From assembly GCA_049999805.1 (NCBI GenBank), contig JBNGIO010005464.1, forward strand, positions 1 through 38,214: 38,214 bases of DNA, in the 5' to 3' direction. How positions within the stretch are numbered: position 1 is the stretch's first letter; each line of letters begins with the position of its first letter. Shown here piece by piece: positions 1 to 16,843 of this stretch. The position numbers and the translations under genes are program-made. Source of the DNA: Folioceros fuciformis (taxonomy: Eukaryota). The notes beneath the pieces were generated by a model. It was not told the DNA's origin. It did no database searches and saw nothing but the letters and a program-made list of their open reading frames with translations.

Positions 1-106
1 TGAACGATAGTGCGCCTAAGTGTGTTCTAGTGACTAAAAAACGTTTTTGTTAGTTTTTGGGATTTTTTTTACCATTATGCTCTTAAAATGTGTGCTAGCT
101 ATTTTA

Positions 107-279
107 TGGAGTGCACTTGTATGTGCCAGCTTGGTTATGGTGCACACTTGTGCATGCCAACACGGTCGTGGTGCGCACTAGTGTGCGCTAGGGTTGTCAT
201 GGCGCACACTTGTGCGCACCAACTGAGTCATGGTATGCACAAATTCATACCAGCTAGGTCATGGTGCACATTTGAGCAC
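107..279. repeat. Degenerate ~31-bp tandem repeat (about 5-6 units) with quasi-palindromic units
   Basis: Successive units: tggtgcacacttgtgcatgccaacacggtcg / tggtgcgcactagtgtgcgctagggttgtca / tggcgcacacttgtgcgcaccaactgagtca / tggtatgcacaaattcataccagctaggtca. Confidence 0.65.
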
Positions 280-2087
280 GAGCCTGCTCAGAGCAAGAAC
301 TTGTGTGTGGTCGTCTGCTCCTAATGCAAGTTTTTGTGTGACAACTAGTTCTTAGCAAGGACTTGAAATGCCACTTGGCTTCCAAACCATAGTTTTAGAT
401 ACCAATAGATTGATTTGAAGGCTTCCATACGTGGGGAGGGTAAAATGATAATGAAACCCTAGAATTTGAATCCTTAGCCTGTTGGTTAACCATTTTTTGA
501 GGCTTTTAAGGTTGCTTCAACATCTTGAACATCATTATAACATCCCATCAACACTCAATGCTAAAGAGGAAGAGGAAGCAGAAGAAGGGAGTGCCTTGCT
601 AGCAATGTCTTGGAATTGCCTTGATTTCTATAGCCTGTTATGATGGTATCTGGTGCATAGCACGCACTTGGGCGTGCCAGGCATTGTGGTGGGTGTCTAC
701 TTGTGTATGCCATCAAGAAAGCCCATAGGTTTTGTATCCTTGAAATCCATGATTTGAAATTAATCACACACGAGCAAAAAGCAAGGGTTTCTTAGAACAA
801 AGAATATGAATGGACGTTCAAAATTAAGTGTGCATGGAAATCTAATACATTTGTGTCCTGTCATATCGTTCATGTTCCGATTGCATCGTGAAGAGTTCTT
901 GTTGTCTTCCTTTTACCACCTACAAAAACCCGCACAAACAAAGTATAATGGTGAGAATGGCCATCAACTATTCGGATTTAAAGCAAAACCCCATTTTTGT
1001 GGATAGACCCGAACTATTCAGACACCGTTATATATAGATATATAAATAGATAGCTATATATATATGTGTATAAAGATCTATATAGGATTTTACATTAGGC
1101 ATGCTCAAGGCCACATATAGAGCATGCAAGTCAAGCAACTGCTCAATGTGGATTGTTGGATACTATGTTAATGTACATCATTTGACTTTGGTAGGAACAA
1201 ACTCCGCCTTCATGGCCTCGATCTAGCATGGTAAACATGATAGTAAACTCGATCTACCATCACTAATCTAGTGCAAGATGTGGTTTGCAATTCGTTGTCC
1301 ATGACGATTATGGTGGACACGATCGTACGACCTCCCCAACATTGGCAACAACGAAAGGAGAAAAAGTTCATGGTTTTGGATAAAACGCAATGAGAACTGT
1401 AATTGTACAATACTGATTTGTGTTGAGGATGCACCAGCACATTCGTGACCCTAGGTCGGGTGATCACTACAAATGTGTTTTGTCCCACCCCAACCCCCCA
1501 ATTCGCACATGTATTCCACAATAGTGGCAAGGGGTTTTGGGTTTAGGGTTTGATACAATGCAGCATGTGGTTTGCAATTTATTCTCCATGTATGGTGGGG
1601 TCCACACACTACCGCGGCTGTGTGCATGCAAACATTAGCACCTTCCAAAGCAAGGGTTGCCACTTTGTAGGCCACCCTTCATAAGTACCACTCATATTCC
1701 AAGCATGTTCATGCTGTGCATTTAGAGGGTTCATCTTTTCCCCTTTTTACATGCTAATTATGACTGACCCACTCGAAAATAGCAGGTCTACCGGATATGT
1801 TTCTTTACACAACACGTCTGCCCGATTGGGGGTTTGGTATGAATGTGGGCATGCTAAACATACGAATCCACATCCATGATTTGCACCTTTAGATATTTGT
1901 AGGTATCGATTCAAAACTTCAACGCCATTTCCATTATTCTAGTACCATGCTTCCTCATTGTTCAACTCTATACTCACACAAGTTTACTATGTGCAATGGG
2001 CCCTTGGGTGGTTCATGGTCGTGACTTGTGCGACATTGGGATAGTGTTTTCTTTTTTAGGGTTTGGGGATACGTGGTGGATGTGTCA

Positions 2088-2489
2088 AGACCTTATATGC
2101 TAATGGTCAACCTCGATCCCACAAAGGGCACCTTATATGCTAATGGCCACATAGGCAGCGACTCCGTAAATGGGACCCTTTATGTCAACTGTGAAATAAG
2201 TCTCGAATCCGCAAAGGTGCCCTTTTATGGAAATGGTCAAATGGGTGTCAATTTTGGAAATGGCACCTTTTACGGTAATGGTGAAGTAGGTCTCCAATCT
2301 GCTAAGGGAACATTATATGGAAATTTTCAAATAGGTCTTGAATCCGCAAATGTGACCTTATATGGAAATGGTCAACAAGGTCTTGGTTCTGCATATGGCC
2401 CTTGAATGGGATTGTTCGTCTACGGTTTGATTCCCGACATGCGCACTTTTATGGCAATGGTCAAATAGGACTCAAAATTGTAAATGGGG
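2088..2489 (+). repeat. Degenerate 45-bp (15-codon) tandem repeat, about 9 units
   Basis: Translates as GTLYANGHIGSDSVN / GTLYVNCEISLESAK / VPFYGNGQMGVNFGN / GTFYGNGEVGLQSAK / GTLYGNFQIGLESAN / VTLYGNGQQGLGSAY, then a frameshift, then AHFYGNGQIGLKIVN. Confidence 0.8.
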
Positions 2490-4231
2490 CTGTGGGGGAA
2501 AATATTGTACCCGGGGGTACCGCGAGGTCCACACAAGCCCTCTATGTCATTGTGACCATGGGATTTAATCCCAAGGGAATGATTCGTGCCAAATAACACA
2601 GGTTGCTTATAAAAGTCGACTCTAACCTAGGTCAGGCTTTATCTACCTTCAGTTCCACTACCTGCTAGATCTACTACCCCTACCTTTTAGTGGGCTTAGC
2701 TACCTCGACCTGAACTTACAACCCGCAAGACTCACTCAGCTACCGAGGTAGGGGTCTTTACAACTACTGACATTTCACCTACCGAGGGGCCTCCACAACC
2801 GGTAGTCGATTCCACTACCAAGGTGGGTCCCACTTCCAACTGTTAGGGTTAATTAGTTTAACCTGCTTAGGTTAAATATATCCAAGGGTCACACCCTTAG
2901 GGTTGCCCAAACAAGAAAAGTACTTTACACAATGTTTTTGAACACTTTTAATACATAAGTTTTGTACACAAGTCTCAGCCTCCTGGCTCTCTTGCCTATC
3001 TATGCTAGATGACTATCTTCTAATAGCTCACATGGTATTAGAGCCTAATCCCTCTGTGCCATTCGGTGCAGCCAATGCACTCTGCACTTGGTCTGCTAGG
3101 ATTGGCGAACATGTTGCTGCACAAAAATACGAGCAGCGTGCATTAGCAATCCATGAGAAAGCAGCCAAGTGGCTGAGGAAAATGAATAAACAAAGTTCTC
3201 ACCTCTTGTCTAGGAGATGAACCAGCAGTAGGCACAATGCCTCGAAGGTCTGCAAATAGGAGAGGTGGCCCCCGACCTAACCACCTGTTTAGACAGAAAC
3301 AAGACATGAACAAAAAATCAGCACATGCTGGATATTCAAAAGTTGATTGGCAACGAGGGAGACAGACCTCACATTGCTGCGAAAGGAGAAGGATCACACC
3401 TCCACCCAATTCGTCAAGTGGCATATCCAACTGCACCACAAATAGGACGATCATCAGAAGCGATCCTAACCAACGTGGTGTTCAGACAATTGGCTGTGCT
3501 AAAGCAGGTGGAGAAAATTCAGTCATTGCTGCTACAGAGTCAAGAAGAGATTCTGAACAACGTTGAAGACATAAGGAATTCCCTTATGCAAACAACAATT
3601 GTGGGATCAGAACAAATAAAGAAAGACATGAAGAGCATTGTTGTTCTTCTTCTATAGAATCTGAATCTAAGAGCATCTGCCGCCAATTGCGACAGATCTT
3701 CACATATTTGATGACCTTTCCTTGCTTCTGCTGTTGGAGAGCCAAAGGCACCCACACCCGGTGTCGCTGAGGCCATAGATTTGAAGAGCTACAATCAAAG
3801 AGGTGTCCCTTGGCATTCTTGCATCCCTTAGAGTGCTAGTGGTCCAACTGTAAAGACACCAAGGAGTGATAGTTAGGGTTTACCTGAAAGAACATGCTTT
3901 TAAAAAATAATTAATTAAGTCATGTCTGTTCACACCTAACGAAGTATTATTAGTCTAAACTAAGCATAAATAATTTAGGCAAGAATACTTTAGTATCCCC
4001 TCCCCTTCGAACTCACCCTTCCCCTCTAATCCTAGACTGTAATGCTAGTGTTAGAAAGTAAAGAAATCTAGTGGCCTAAGCTACTAACCGGTGTCACTAG
4101 GGCCATATCCCTAGTTACCTTGTTAAGATCTTATGTCCGTAGGTTTTGCTGCATCCATAAACTCCTTAATTGGTCAATTCCAGAGCCTAAGTTTCATATA
4201 GTCTGCTGTCAACTTTAACCAGCCTGTAGTA

Positions 4232-4321
4232 ATGGCTGTCACTACCACCAAGGCAACATACACGTTAGAACTGAAGGAGAAAGATCGCTTCAATGGGACA
4301 AGGTACCCAGTTTGGCGGATT
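4232..4321 (+). mobile_element. Ty1/copia gag N-terminal fragment (truncated)
   Basis: MAVTTTKATYTLELKEKDRFNGTRYPVWRI resembles the copia gag start motif (F-x-G-x-N-Y-x-x-W); it abuts a minus-strand gypsy RT fragment. Confidence 0.5.
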
Positions 4322-6862
4322 GGGGCACCAAACGGTGAGACAAAGGTTTTGACAAAACCCCTCTGCAGGAGGTCATCCACCTGCCTCTTGATCTCCTTGC
4401 TTTCTGTTGGTGAGGTTCTGTAAGGGGGAATGCTAACCGGTTTATGTCCTGGTAGAAGCTCAATCCGGTGGTCAACAACCCGTCTGGGAGGGAGTTCTGT
4501 GGGTTCTGCAAATACATCATGGAAATCGTGTAGCAGTTTCCTCATGGGTTCAGGTAACTGATCCTCTTGTTTCTTCTGATTCGCGGCCCATGATTCGGTG
4601 GTCCCCAGAGACGGTAACACCTGTTTTAGCAGTGCTATGTATAGAAATTGCCCTCGGGCTATGGCTTTATTCAAGGCTGAAACCGCGTACAAGTGTTTGT
4701 AAGGGAGGTGGCTCTCCCCTTGCATAACATGTCGTTGGGCGTCTATGGTCAACACCACCTTGTTGGTGGACTAGTCTACTTTCAAGTGATTGGAATGGGT
4801 TGCCATCCACAGTTTCCCGAGGATTATGTCGTGGCAGAGGTTGGGCTTGATGGTGAACCTGAGCTTCTCCTCATATTTTCCAGGGAAGGTAAGGACTATC
4901 TCCGTCCACTCTTCTTTGCTGGTGTCACGTTCGTTGAGAGCCGTAACCACCGTCGAATAGTGACCGGTATCATGTATTTTTAGTCCGGCTCTCCCTGCTG
5001 CTGACCGGGTTATGTAATTGTGGCTGGTTCTTGAGTTGAGTAGCGCTGTGGCTTTCATATCCGATAGTCCTACCAGGAGTTTGACAAAAACATGGTCCAG
5101 CTGCGTCGTGAGGTGCCCCTCCTGGTGCATACGTATTGCCGCCGTGAGGGTTGGGGCTGTGTTGTCCTGGAGTTTGGGCTCTTCTTAGGTTTGAATAGCG
5201 TGACTATGCTTGGCAAGTGGAATGACCGGAGTCTAAGGGGCCTGTCCTGTCTCTTTGACCCAAGGAAAGAAATCCCTGCGGTGAGGGCAGGTTTTGGAGG
5301 CATGGTCCGGCGAGGCACAAGTAAAACACAACTTCTTCTCGTAGTACGCTTGCTTCTCTTGCGCCGTCAGAATGTGGGTTTCTTGTCCGTGGCTTGTGCA
5401 AACTTGTTTCCCCAGCTTGTTGTGGGCATGGGCAGGTATTTATACTTGTTAGTCCCATAGTTGATTACTGCCTTCATAACGTCTTCCAACGTAGCAGGAC
5501 TCGTCTGGTATACATCTACCCTGAGCTCTTGCCTAAGCCCGTCGATAAACTTTTCTACCTTTTGTTCTTCATCTAACCTTGGCATGTCGAGGGTGAGTTG
5601 CAAGAACCGGTCATAGTACTCCTGGACCGTGGTTTGCTGAGTTATGGTCCTGAATTCGTGATATAAGTCCCTCTGGTGGTTAACTGGTAGGAACTGTGTC
5701 AAGAAGGCCTGACGGAACACCGCCCAGGAGAGGATAGGTGGTGCCAACCCGAGATCTACCTGACGCTCCAGCAGTCGCCACCAGCGATACGCATACCCTT
5801 CAAGGTTCATCACACAAAACTGGATCCTCTACAGGTCATCTTTGTTACTCAATCCCAGGTACTTGTCCATCTTGTCAATCCAGTCATAGGTGTGTTGTGC
5901 TTCCTTGATTGAACCATCGAAGGTAGTCGTTTGATCTTCCTTTGCAGGTCCTTGTCCAATAGGTTACTGGATTTGAATGGGATTAGCTCGTCTTCCATAA
6001 AACCGAGTTCAAGTGAGGACCTACCTTTTTGGGCTTCGTAGTTCTCATATCGCATCAGGTGAAGCCTTCTCACCAAGGCTTGGATCTCCGAATTCTCTTT
6101 CTCGCCTGGTTGTAGGTTTACTAGTAGTTTCTTGAGAGCTTCCTCGTCATCCCCTACCCGGGGCNNNNNNNNNNNNNNNNNNNNNNNNNNNNNNNNNNNN
6201 NNNNNNNNNNNNNNNNNNNNNNNNNNNNNNNNNNNNNNNNNNNNNNNNNNNNNNNNNNNNNNNNCGGTTGTTGCAGGGCTGGGGTTTCCTGTTCCGTGTG
6301 GCCTAGCGCCTGCAGCACACCTTCAAGCTGGCGCTCTACCTATGTCTCGAGGCGGCGCATTGTGGCTTCTACCTCCTTCAACTGCCGATCTTGGGAAGCG
6401 AGGGTATTGGTGATTTCTTCACACGTACGCTCAACTTTCATGGTGTGGGTTTCCCAATCATGCCATCGACTAACCTCGTTCCTTTCTGTCCGGTCGTCTT
6501 GTGTTGCAGCCGGGCAGATTCCTCCCCTTGATAGCGGTCTGGGGGCGGTTGGCCCACAACCTCTTCGCCTTCTTCACGCGCTATCCTCTTCCACGATTGG
6601 GGTGCCATGGAATTGCCGAGGTCTGCCGAGCTGCCTAGGTGTTGTGTCCCTTTCATACTTGGTGTATGATCCGGCTTGGTGTCGGCGCTCAGCCCTCCTC
6701 CTCACCGACCTCCAATGCCCAATAGGGATTCGCCGTTGTCGCTTCCGTTGGAGATTGTCTTCTCCATCTCCGCCAGAGGTATGATTTCACTCATCTCCAC
6801 TAGCTTCTGTTTGCTTGGGGACTTGGTAGCCGTGATCCCAAGCCGCTTGTGGATCAGAACTC

Positions 6863-6874
6863 GATCTGATACCA
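6863..6874 (-). promoter_or_regulatory. Primer binding site (initiator tRNA-Met type)
   Basis: Minus strand TGGTATCAGATC, 2 nt inside the LTR end. Confidence 0.8.
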
Positions 6875-6876
6875 AA

Positions 6877-7325
6877 TGCCACAACCTGAATATTGCAGAT
6901 ACAACAGGTTGGGCTGGATGTGTGCACAAGATTGCTTGCCTGCTTCCGGGGCAACTTCCCCTCTTATACATGTGTGGGGGTTCTGGCCAAGAAGGCTGCC
7001 CCAACTTTTTATCTAACCATTTCTAGTTATCGGTCCTTACTTGACTACCTGCCTAGTGGGTAGTTACCCGATAACTAGTAGTGGTTACCTGATAACTAGT
7101 CTAGCTAACATAACGAGCTAGATATTCTGCCAGTCCGAACAGCAGTAAGTAACGGATAACTGGTAACTAGATCATAGTGGATTACGAAACTAATTAAGTA
7201 CCTTATCGATAACGGATTGTGGATTACGAGACCGAATTAATATCTTATGGGACCCGGTACGTTTGCCCATGTGCCCTAGCCCTTGTTCCCGTTCCCGCCG
7301 TTCCAGCCGAATCATTGTTGTGACA
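6877..7325 (-). repeat. 5' LTR of the gypsy element (~449 bp)
   Basis: Termini tgccacaa...ttgtgaca form a near-perfect inverted repeat; adjacent to the PBS. Confidence 0.8.
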
Positions 7326-7329
7326 GCCT

Positions 7330-9400
7330 CCATTGACATGGGGTGGTTTTGTGTATTCCACAAATACCACCTAACACTCATAACGATTGCGCGCAAATCT
7401 GCCCTTCAAATGCCGCCTCCATGATGTCTTCCACCTATCCATAATACTGAGAAGGCTGGTTTGCCATCTCAAACATACCACAAACCCAACTATCCTTAGT
7501 TGCCTTGCAATGGGAATTGCCAAGAATGGTCTTGTAGTGGTAGCCCATTATGGAAGCCATGGAATGTTTGCACCAACCGCCTAGGGCCATTAATGCGAGT
7601 GCCAATGTCATGGCACTCCGGGTAGTCCTCCCACTGGCCTTCCTAAAGGCCACTCTCTAACCAGGGTAGTAATTCTATTGTGAGAATGGCCCAATGTGTC
7701 GAATTCTTCTTTGAGGGTTGCAAGAGTCTTCGATTGCAATAAGAAATCCGAGTGTAAGTGCTTCAACTCCACTGCAATAGTGTTCGCGGCTTGGCTTTCC
7801 CATTTGGTTACTCCTCATTGCCCACGGATAATGTCCGGCGATAGAGGGAAGTCTTTGCTGGATTTTGGCCCTTCATGTAAGCCTCATCAAAGAACATATT
7901 CTCCATGACAATGTATCCTGTTGCCATAGACCCCTCTGGTCGTGCTTTCTAGCAGACAAAGTGCTTGAGGGCAGTAATGTGCCTTTCAACAGGGTACATC
8001 CATATGCAATGGACAATGTCGTGTGATGCAACCTCATCAATCAAATGGGCAAGCAAGTGTTGCATTGGGTTCTAGAAGATGGAAGGGTAGTAGCGCTCGA
8101 GATCAATGACTGTATTCACGACTTTTCGCTTCATTGCTGGAATGTCCAATGGATTGATTGCCTTCTGGCATATCCATCAGCAAATTGAACTTATTGCAAC
8201 GAAGGCATCGTACTCCGGCCCCTGCAATTCTCTACGCAAGGCAATTGGGAAGAAGAATAGGAGGAAGAGGTACCACTCATGACTCTTCAAGCCTAACTCT
8301 TTGGCTCCACCAAACAATGTTGCTAGATTGGCTCTGAACACTATTGGGGGGCACATGCGGCACAACTCATTCTTGATAGCTTGGATGCCTTGCGTGGACA
8401 GGGTGTATGAAGTGTGGGGTAAATGGAGTTCCTTGTTGTCGTCCTCCGCTAGCCAAAGCCTTGGCTTGGAGTCCAAGTCCATAAGATTAGTTCTATTGTT
8501 CATGGTGTCTTGGGAACCAATCCATATGCACTAGACAGCTTGACAATTGTTGTCAGCTATGTGCATGACATCCTTTAGCCATAGTTTGGGGATGTGAGGC
8601 AAGTAAGGCAATCGTAAGAGGAATTGAGATTGACACTTCACACCCCAGTCCTTGCTAACTGCCCGGGCAGTAGGCGAGGCATTCCCCCACACCACCATCT
8701 CTTGAAGAATGTTAGAGACAGAACGCACCATGGGCTGTGGTCGAAACTCAGGTTGGTTGTTAAAGTACTCACGGTTTGTGGTCCGTGCCATGATCTCTAG
8801 GAGGGAGCCAGCATTTATGGCCGTCGCGGACTACTTTATCCAAGGCACAAGACCAACGAGGTTGTAACCCAACACCCTAATCGATACAGCATTGATATCC
8901 ACGGACTTGCAGCCCGAACAAGGCTCCAAGGTCCGGGTAGTTGCAGGTGGCATGAAAGCAGCTTGGCGTGGAGGTGGAAAGAGTGCCTTTGGTCTAAACT
9001 GGAAAAGAGAAGTCACAGACAGGGACACCAACCCACAAAGCCATAAACTCTTCTATCAAAGGTTGCAAATACACGCCCATATTCTTGGCTTATCTCAAGC
9101 CGGACACAATGACAAGCATGAGAATTTGCTCTTTCTTGCCAGTCAGGGAGAGGGAAGTTGTGAATGAAGAGCAGGACATGCCATATGGCATATGCCACAG
9201 ACCGCTGACCGCTGGGGTTAAAGCCATCTTTGCAAATGCCAAATCGTATGTTTTGAGCTTCAAGCCTAAAGCCATCAACACCATCTAGTGTTGCCCATGC
9301 TGGGGTATCTAAGTCGAGGTATGAATAGCAAACCAGAGTTCGGCTCGCATCAGGCAAGGATTGCATATTTTATTTTGATAGGAAAGTAGCAGAGTTGGTC
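7330..9400 (-). pseudogene. CACTA/En-Spm (Tnp2/Transposase_21-type) transposase relic
   Basis: Motifs NIRFGICKDGFNP...WHVLLFIHNFP, DVMHI, GLKSHEW...PIALR, MQHLLAHL and WMYPVER (~7982-8002); many stops and frameshifts; boundaries approximate. Confidence 0.85.
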
Positions 9401-12400
9401 CACTTGTACACATACGTTGGTGTCCACCTTTTTGGCCCGAAGTTTAATTGAACCTCTTCTACCTTCTCTCTTGGGATGGCATTTGCAATTACTATGCGCC
9501 ATGCTTTATGCCGCATGTGAATATTGTGGATATTAACCATTGAAGATGATTATTTTTAACAATGATTGTCCATCCTACTCTAATTAGCATTAAAATTTTG
9601 GAACCTTAGCCTTCTGTCTTCTTTGTGGGGTAGGGTGGAATGAGTTGAATGCTCCTTTGTTTGCTCCTACATTGATTGTAAGCATTCTACGTACTTACTC
9701 ATCTTTCTTTCTGTATTTGCTACCTTTCCCCTTGAACTTGATGGCCTTTTTTGCTATCTTCTTTCCTCTATTGCCTCCACCTTCTTCATCTGGTTGACCC
9801 CTTTCTTTCCCCTTACCATCTTCTTGCTTCAATAGCTTATATGCTTATAAGCTTCCTCCTTGGCCTACTCCTTTTTCCTTTATGCCACCTACCCATCTTT
9901 CTCCCAATCACATTTTTGACAGGGATATCAAGTTGTCTTACATTCCCCTTACTTGGAACCCTCTCTCGTTTGCCCCTCCCTTCACCCAAGCTTTGTTTCT
10001 ACAAAGATGAGTTTCATATCATTTCCCCTTTGGCTTCCCTCTCTTTCCTTGTTACCTCAGTTCTCCTCTCTTTCAATCTTCGTACTCTTATTGGTCAATT
10101 TTGAATTAGCTCTTATTATCTTCATAATGAGATTGATTGAAGGCTTCACTGTGCCTCTTCTCGGGAGGCTTGTCTTGATAAGCTTTGTTCTCTAGATATT
10201 GAATATGAATCCCACTTCCTTTTTTTTTTTGCTATGTTTATGCACACATTTGTGCTCGTTATACTCTTCTCTTGAAGTGTGATAGTTTTCCTTTGCACCA
10301 TTTTTTCTCCATCTATATTCCTAAGTCCATTGGTCTTTGCCTCTTTGAACTCTATAATTATCGGTAGTCTCAATTAGATTCTTTATAAGTCTTTGCTTTC
10401 TTCATTCTATGGCCTTTTCTTTCACACAAATCATATAGTTTTTGTCTCTCTAGTTCATATGTAATAATGTGTACAATGCAATAATACCTCTGTATTGAAG
10501 TATAGGTTAAGCAGCTTCTTCGGCATAGGTGGTAGGTAGGCTTTTTGTTATTCCAAATCAGTTTGGGAGTGGTAGGTCGTTTTTGAAAATGATGTTCGAA
10601 GAGGCTAGTACCCTTTTAGGCCTTTGGCCCTGATTGGGTTGTTCCTCCAATCTTTGGAGTAAATAGGACTTCCCATCTCTTTTTCAATAATAGAAATAAT
10701 TATATTCTATACAATCTCTATCCCATGATAGTTTGACCATCCTCTGTCGACAAATAAAATTGATTGATTGGCATTGGCGTTAGTGCAAGAGAGGTTTTCT
10801 GCTNNNNNNNNNNNNNNNNNNNNNNNNNNNNNNNNNNNNNNNNNNNNNNNNNNNNNNNNNNNNNNNNNNNNNNNNNNNNNNNNNNNNNNNNNNNNNNNNN
10901 NNNACAACCAGTGGCTTCGAAATGTGGACATTGTACCAAGTATAGAGATTAATCAAGTGATCTAGGATAACAACTTTGCCGACTTAAGGTCGAGTCATGT
11001 TAGATTAGGTGGATAGTGTTAGTTTGGTTGGAACAATTTGTTTAGGTCACGATTTATCCGGACGTGAGGTGCTAATATGGTGAAGAATATGTATGAAATG
11101 ATCCTGCTATTTTAGTAAGTACATATGGCTTCCAACAATATATTTTTTATAAGATAGTAATAACATTCAAAATTGTGCGTCCACATGCACACATCATATT
11201 TTCGACCGAAAAGGGATAAAATTTGGAAATGCAGTTAGGATTACCCTTTGTGAAAATGGCGTCCAATGAGATTTTAAGAATTCGCCCATATTGTGCACAT
11301 TATGTTCTCTAGTTGCCATCAGGTTTCAATGCAGGATTCAACAATGCCCTCTAGAGAAGTCACATTCTTCAACTGTGCAATATATAGGAAACTATTATAG
11401 TGTAACCCTTTGACACCCACCTTGGACAATTGAGAATGAGTTTTTGAATATTTGATACAATCCATGAGAACAACATTTGTAAAACTAGTTCCTCTTTGTC
11501 CAGAAAGGCCCACTTAGAGAAAAATACTTCAAGATAATATATAAGGGGTGCACCTTGTAATGGAAAAAATAATCCTTTCTCGATCAATGAAAACATTAAA
11601 TTGTTTGTGTTTTGGTCCATGACATTGTTTATTTTTTGGGCAATAAAAACATGATAACATTCATTTTTCTGTTAAAAAAATATCATATTATTTGTCTTTT
11701 TGAATTGTGCTCCATGTGGTAATACTTTTCCAAGTCCACAAAACCCGGCGAATCCGAACTTAGTGAGCAAAGAAAAAAAATACAAGGTAGCCACAGCCCA
11801 TGTGGGACCCAGTGAAGAAAGGCCTTCTTCTACTGCTGCGATAAAATAAAAAATCCCTAATGAACCATCATGTAATGTTACCCTACATAATAGTTGCAAA
11901 CGGAAACCTCCAAGTTCTAGTCCACAATGCAAGTCTGTTGAATCTCTAGAATACAGCGAGCGTGTACCGTTTTGACCATGGACACAATCCTTCACATCTC
12001 TTTGGCATCACACTTATCCACCATTCTTGCTGCCTATACTACTCCATGATCCATCTCCATGCTGTGTCACCGGCAATAACACCAATCACTGGCCAAAATG
12101 AATAGTGTAAGGTAACACATGAAAGGGACTCAAAAGTTGCAATGACAGTTTACTCTTTGACAAGCAACTGCAATTTAAGTTCACAAGTCGTCTAGTTCGT
12201 GCTATCTAAAACCAATTTTCGTTTCATAGCAAGAGTAAAACATGCCGTTCAGTGCAAGCAGTTTCAGCGAACCGCCAATCCATGAAGGTTCTTTGTGTTT
12301 GAGGGAGCAAGTCACACACGAAACTATTCTCAAAGGCATACAAGACTGCTGTGAGAGTTGATGAAAAAATGATCGAGATCTCAAAACCGATGTAGCCAGT

Positions 12401-12463
12401 CAGAACAAAACTGTTCTTGCAGATCCTTGAGAACCGAACTTGAGTGCTGAATGTAGACAGTGC

Positions 12464-16142
<3,679 letters not shown>

Positions 16143-16675
16143 CTCGTCACGTCAATGTCACTCGCCGGAGAAGCTCCGAACACAGGGAACGAATACAGAA
16201 CTTCTCTACGAACAGGGAGGTAGAGTGTGTACAGTGGAGATGTCATGCCAGATACTATTACGTGCGAACACGCCAACGACCTAAAAGATTAATGCTGTGC
16301 TTGAACCTTGGAAGTGGTAGACAACTTATAAATTTTATATGGCGGGTCCGGCAGAAAACTTTTTGNNNNNNNNNNNNNNNNNNNNNNNNNNNNNNNNNNN
16401 NNNNNNNNNNNNNNNNNNNNNNNNNNNNNNNNNNNNNNNNNNNNNNNNNNNNNNNNNNNNNNNNNTCATAAAAAATTTTAAATAGGTCATTCACACGGTT
16501 GGTTGAAATATCATCCGAATCTACATTTAAAACTTCAGTGGCACTAACCAAATTCTTTCAACACTATTCTACTAGCTTAGGGTTTTTGATTCACCCTTCA
16601 TGGTGGAAGGAGGTGCAGGGTGCAACATCCAGTTTAGGGTTCTTTTCCTTAGTGTTCCGTCCATTACTCTCTAGC

Positions 16676-16843
16676 TCCCTCCCTACCTACCTACTTGCGC
16701 CTCCTCCCTCCCTTCCTGCGCCTCCTCCCTATCTACCTACCTGCACCTCCTCCCTATCTACCTACTTGCGCCTCCTCCCTATCTACCTACCTGCGCCTCC
16801 TCCCTCCCTACCTACCTACGCCTCCTCCCTCCCTACCTACCTA
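16676..16843. repeat. Pyrimidine-rich minisatellite (ctacctacctgcgcctcctccct-like units) running into a 400-N gap
   Basis: Directly visible repeated units; gap 16844-17243. Confidence 0.8.

Larger units (their letters stand above)
4321..7325 (-). mobile_element. Ty3/gypsy LTR retrotransposon, 5' half (LTR, PBS, gag, CCHC knuckle, degenerate protease, start of RT), truncated
   Basis: Retrotrans_gag-like ORF 5367-5813; knuckle CFTCASPDHASKTC at ~5290-5330; protease-like ALLNSRTSHNYI (4771-5130); LPPRRVVDHRIELLPGHKPVSIPPYR...SPFGAP; contains N-gap 6165-6264. Confidence 0.9.

Noticed and set aside
2088-2489. CRISPR-like array
   Set aside because: Units are contiguous degenerate tandem repeats without unique spacers, the context is eukaryotic and there are no cas genes.
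2491-4230. Possible LTR plus short ORFs, one with a TPR-like phrase (YEQRALAIHEKA)
   Set aside because: No second LTR end, PBS or extended homology could be established by eye.
9420-12100. Short Leu/Phe-rich and Lys-rich ORFs
   Set aside because: Explained by purine/pyrimidine strand bias with no recognisable motifs; probably old repeat debris.
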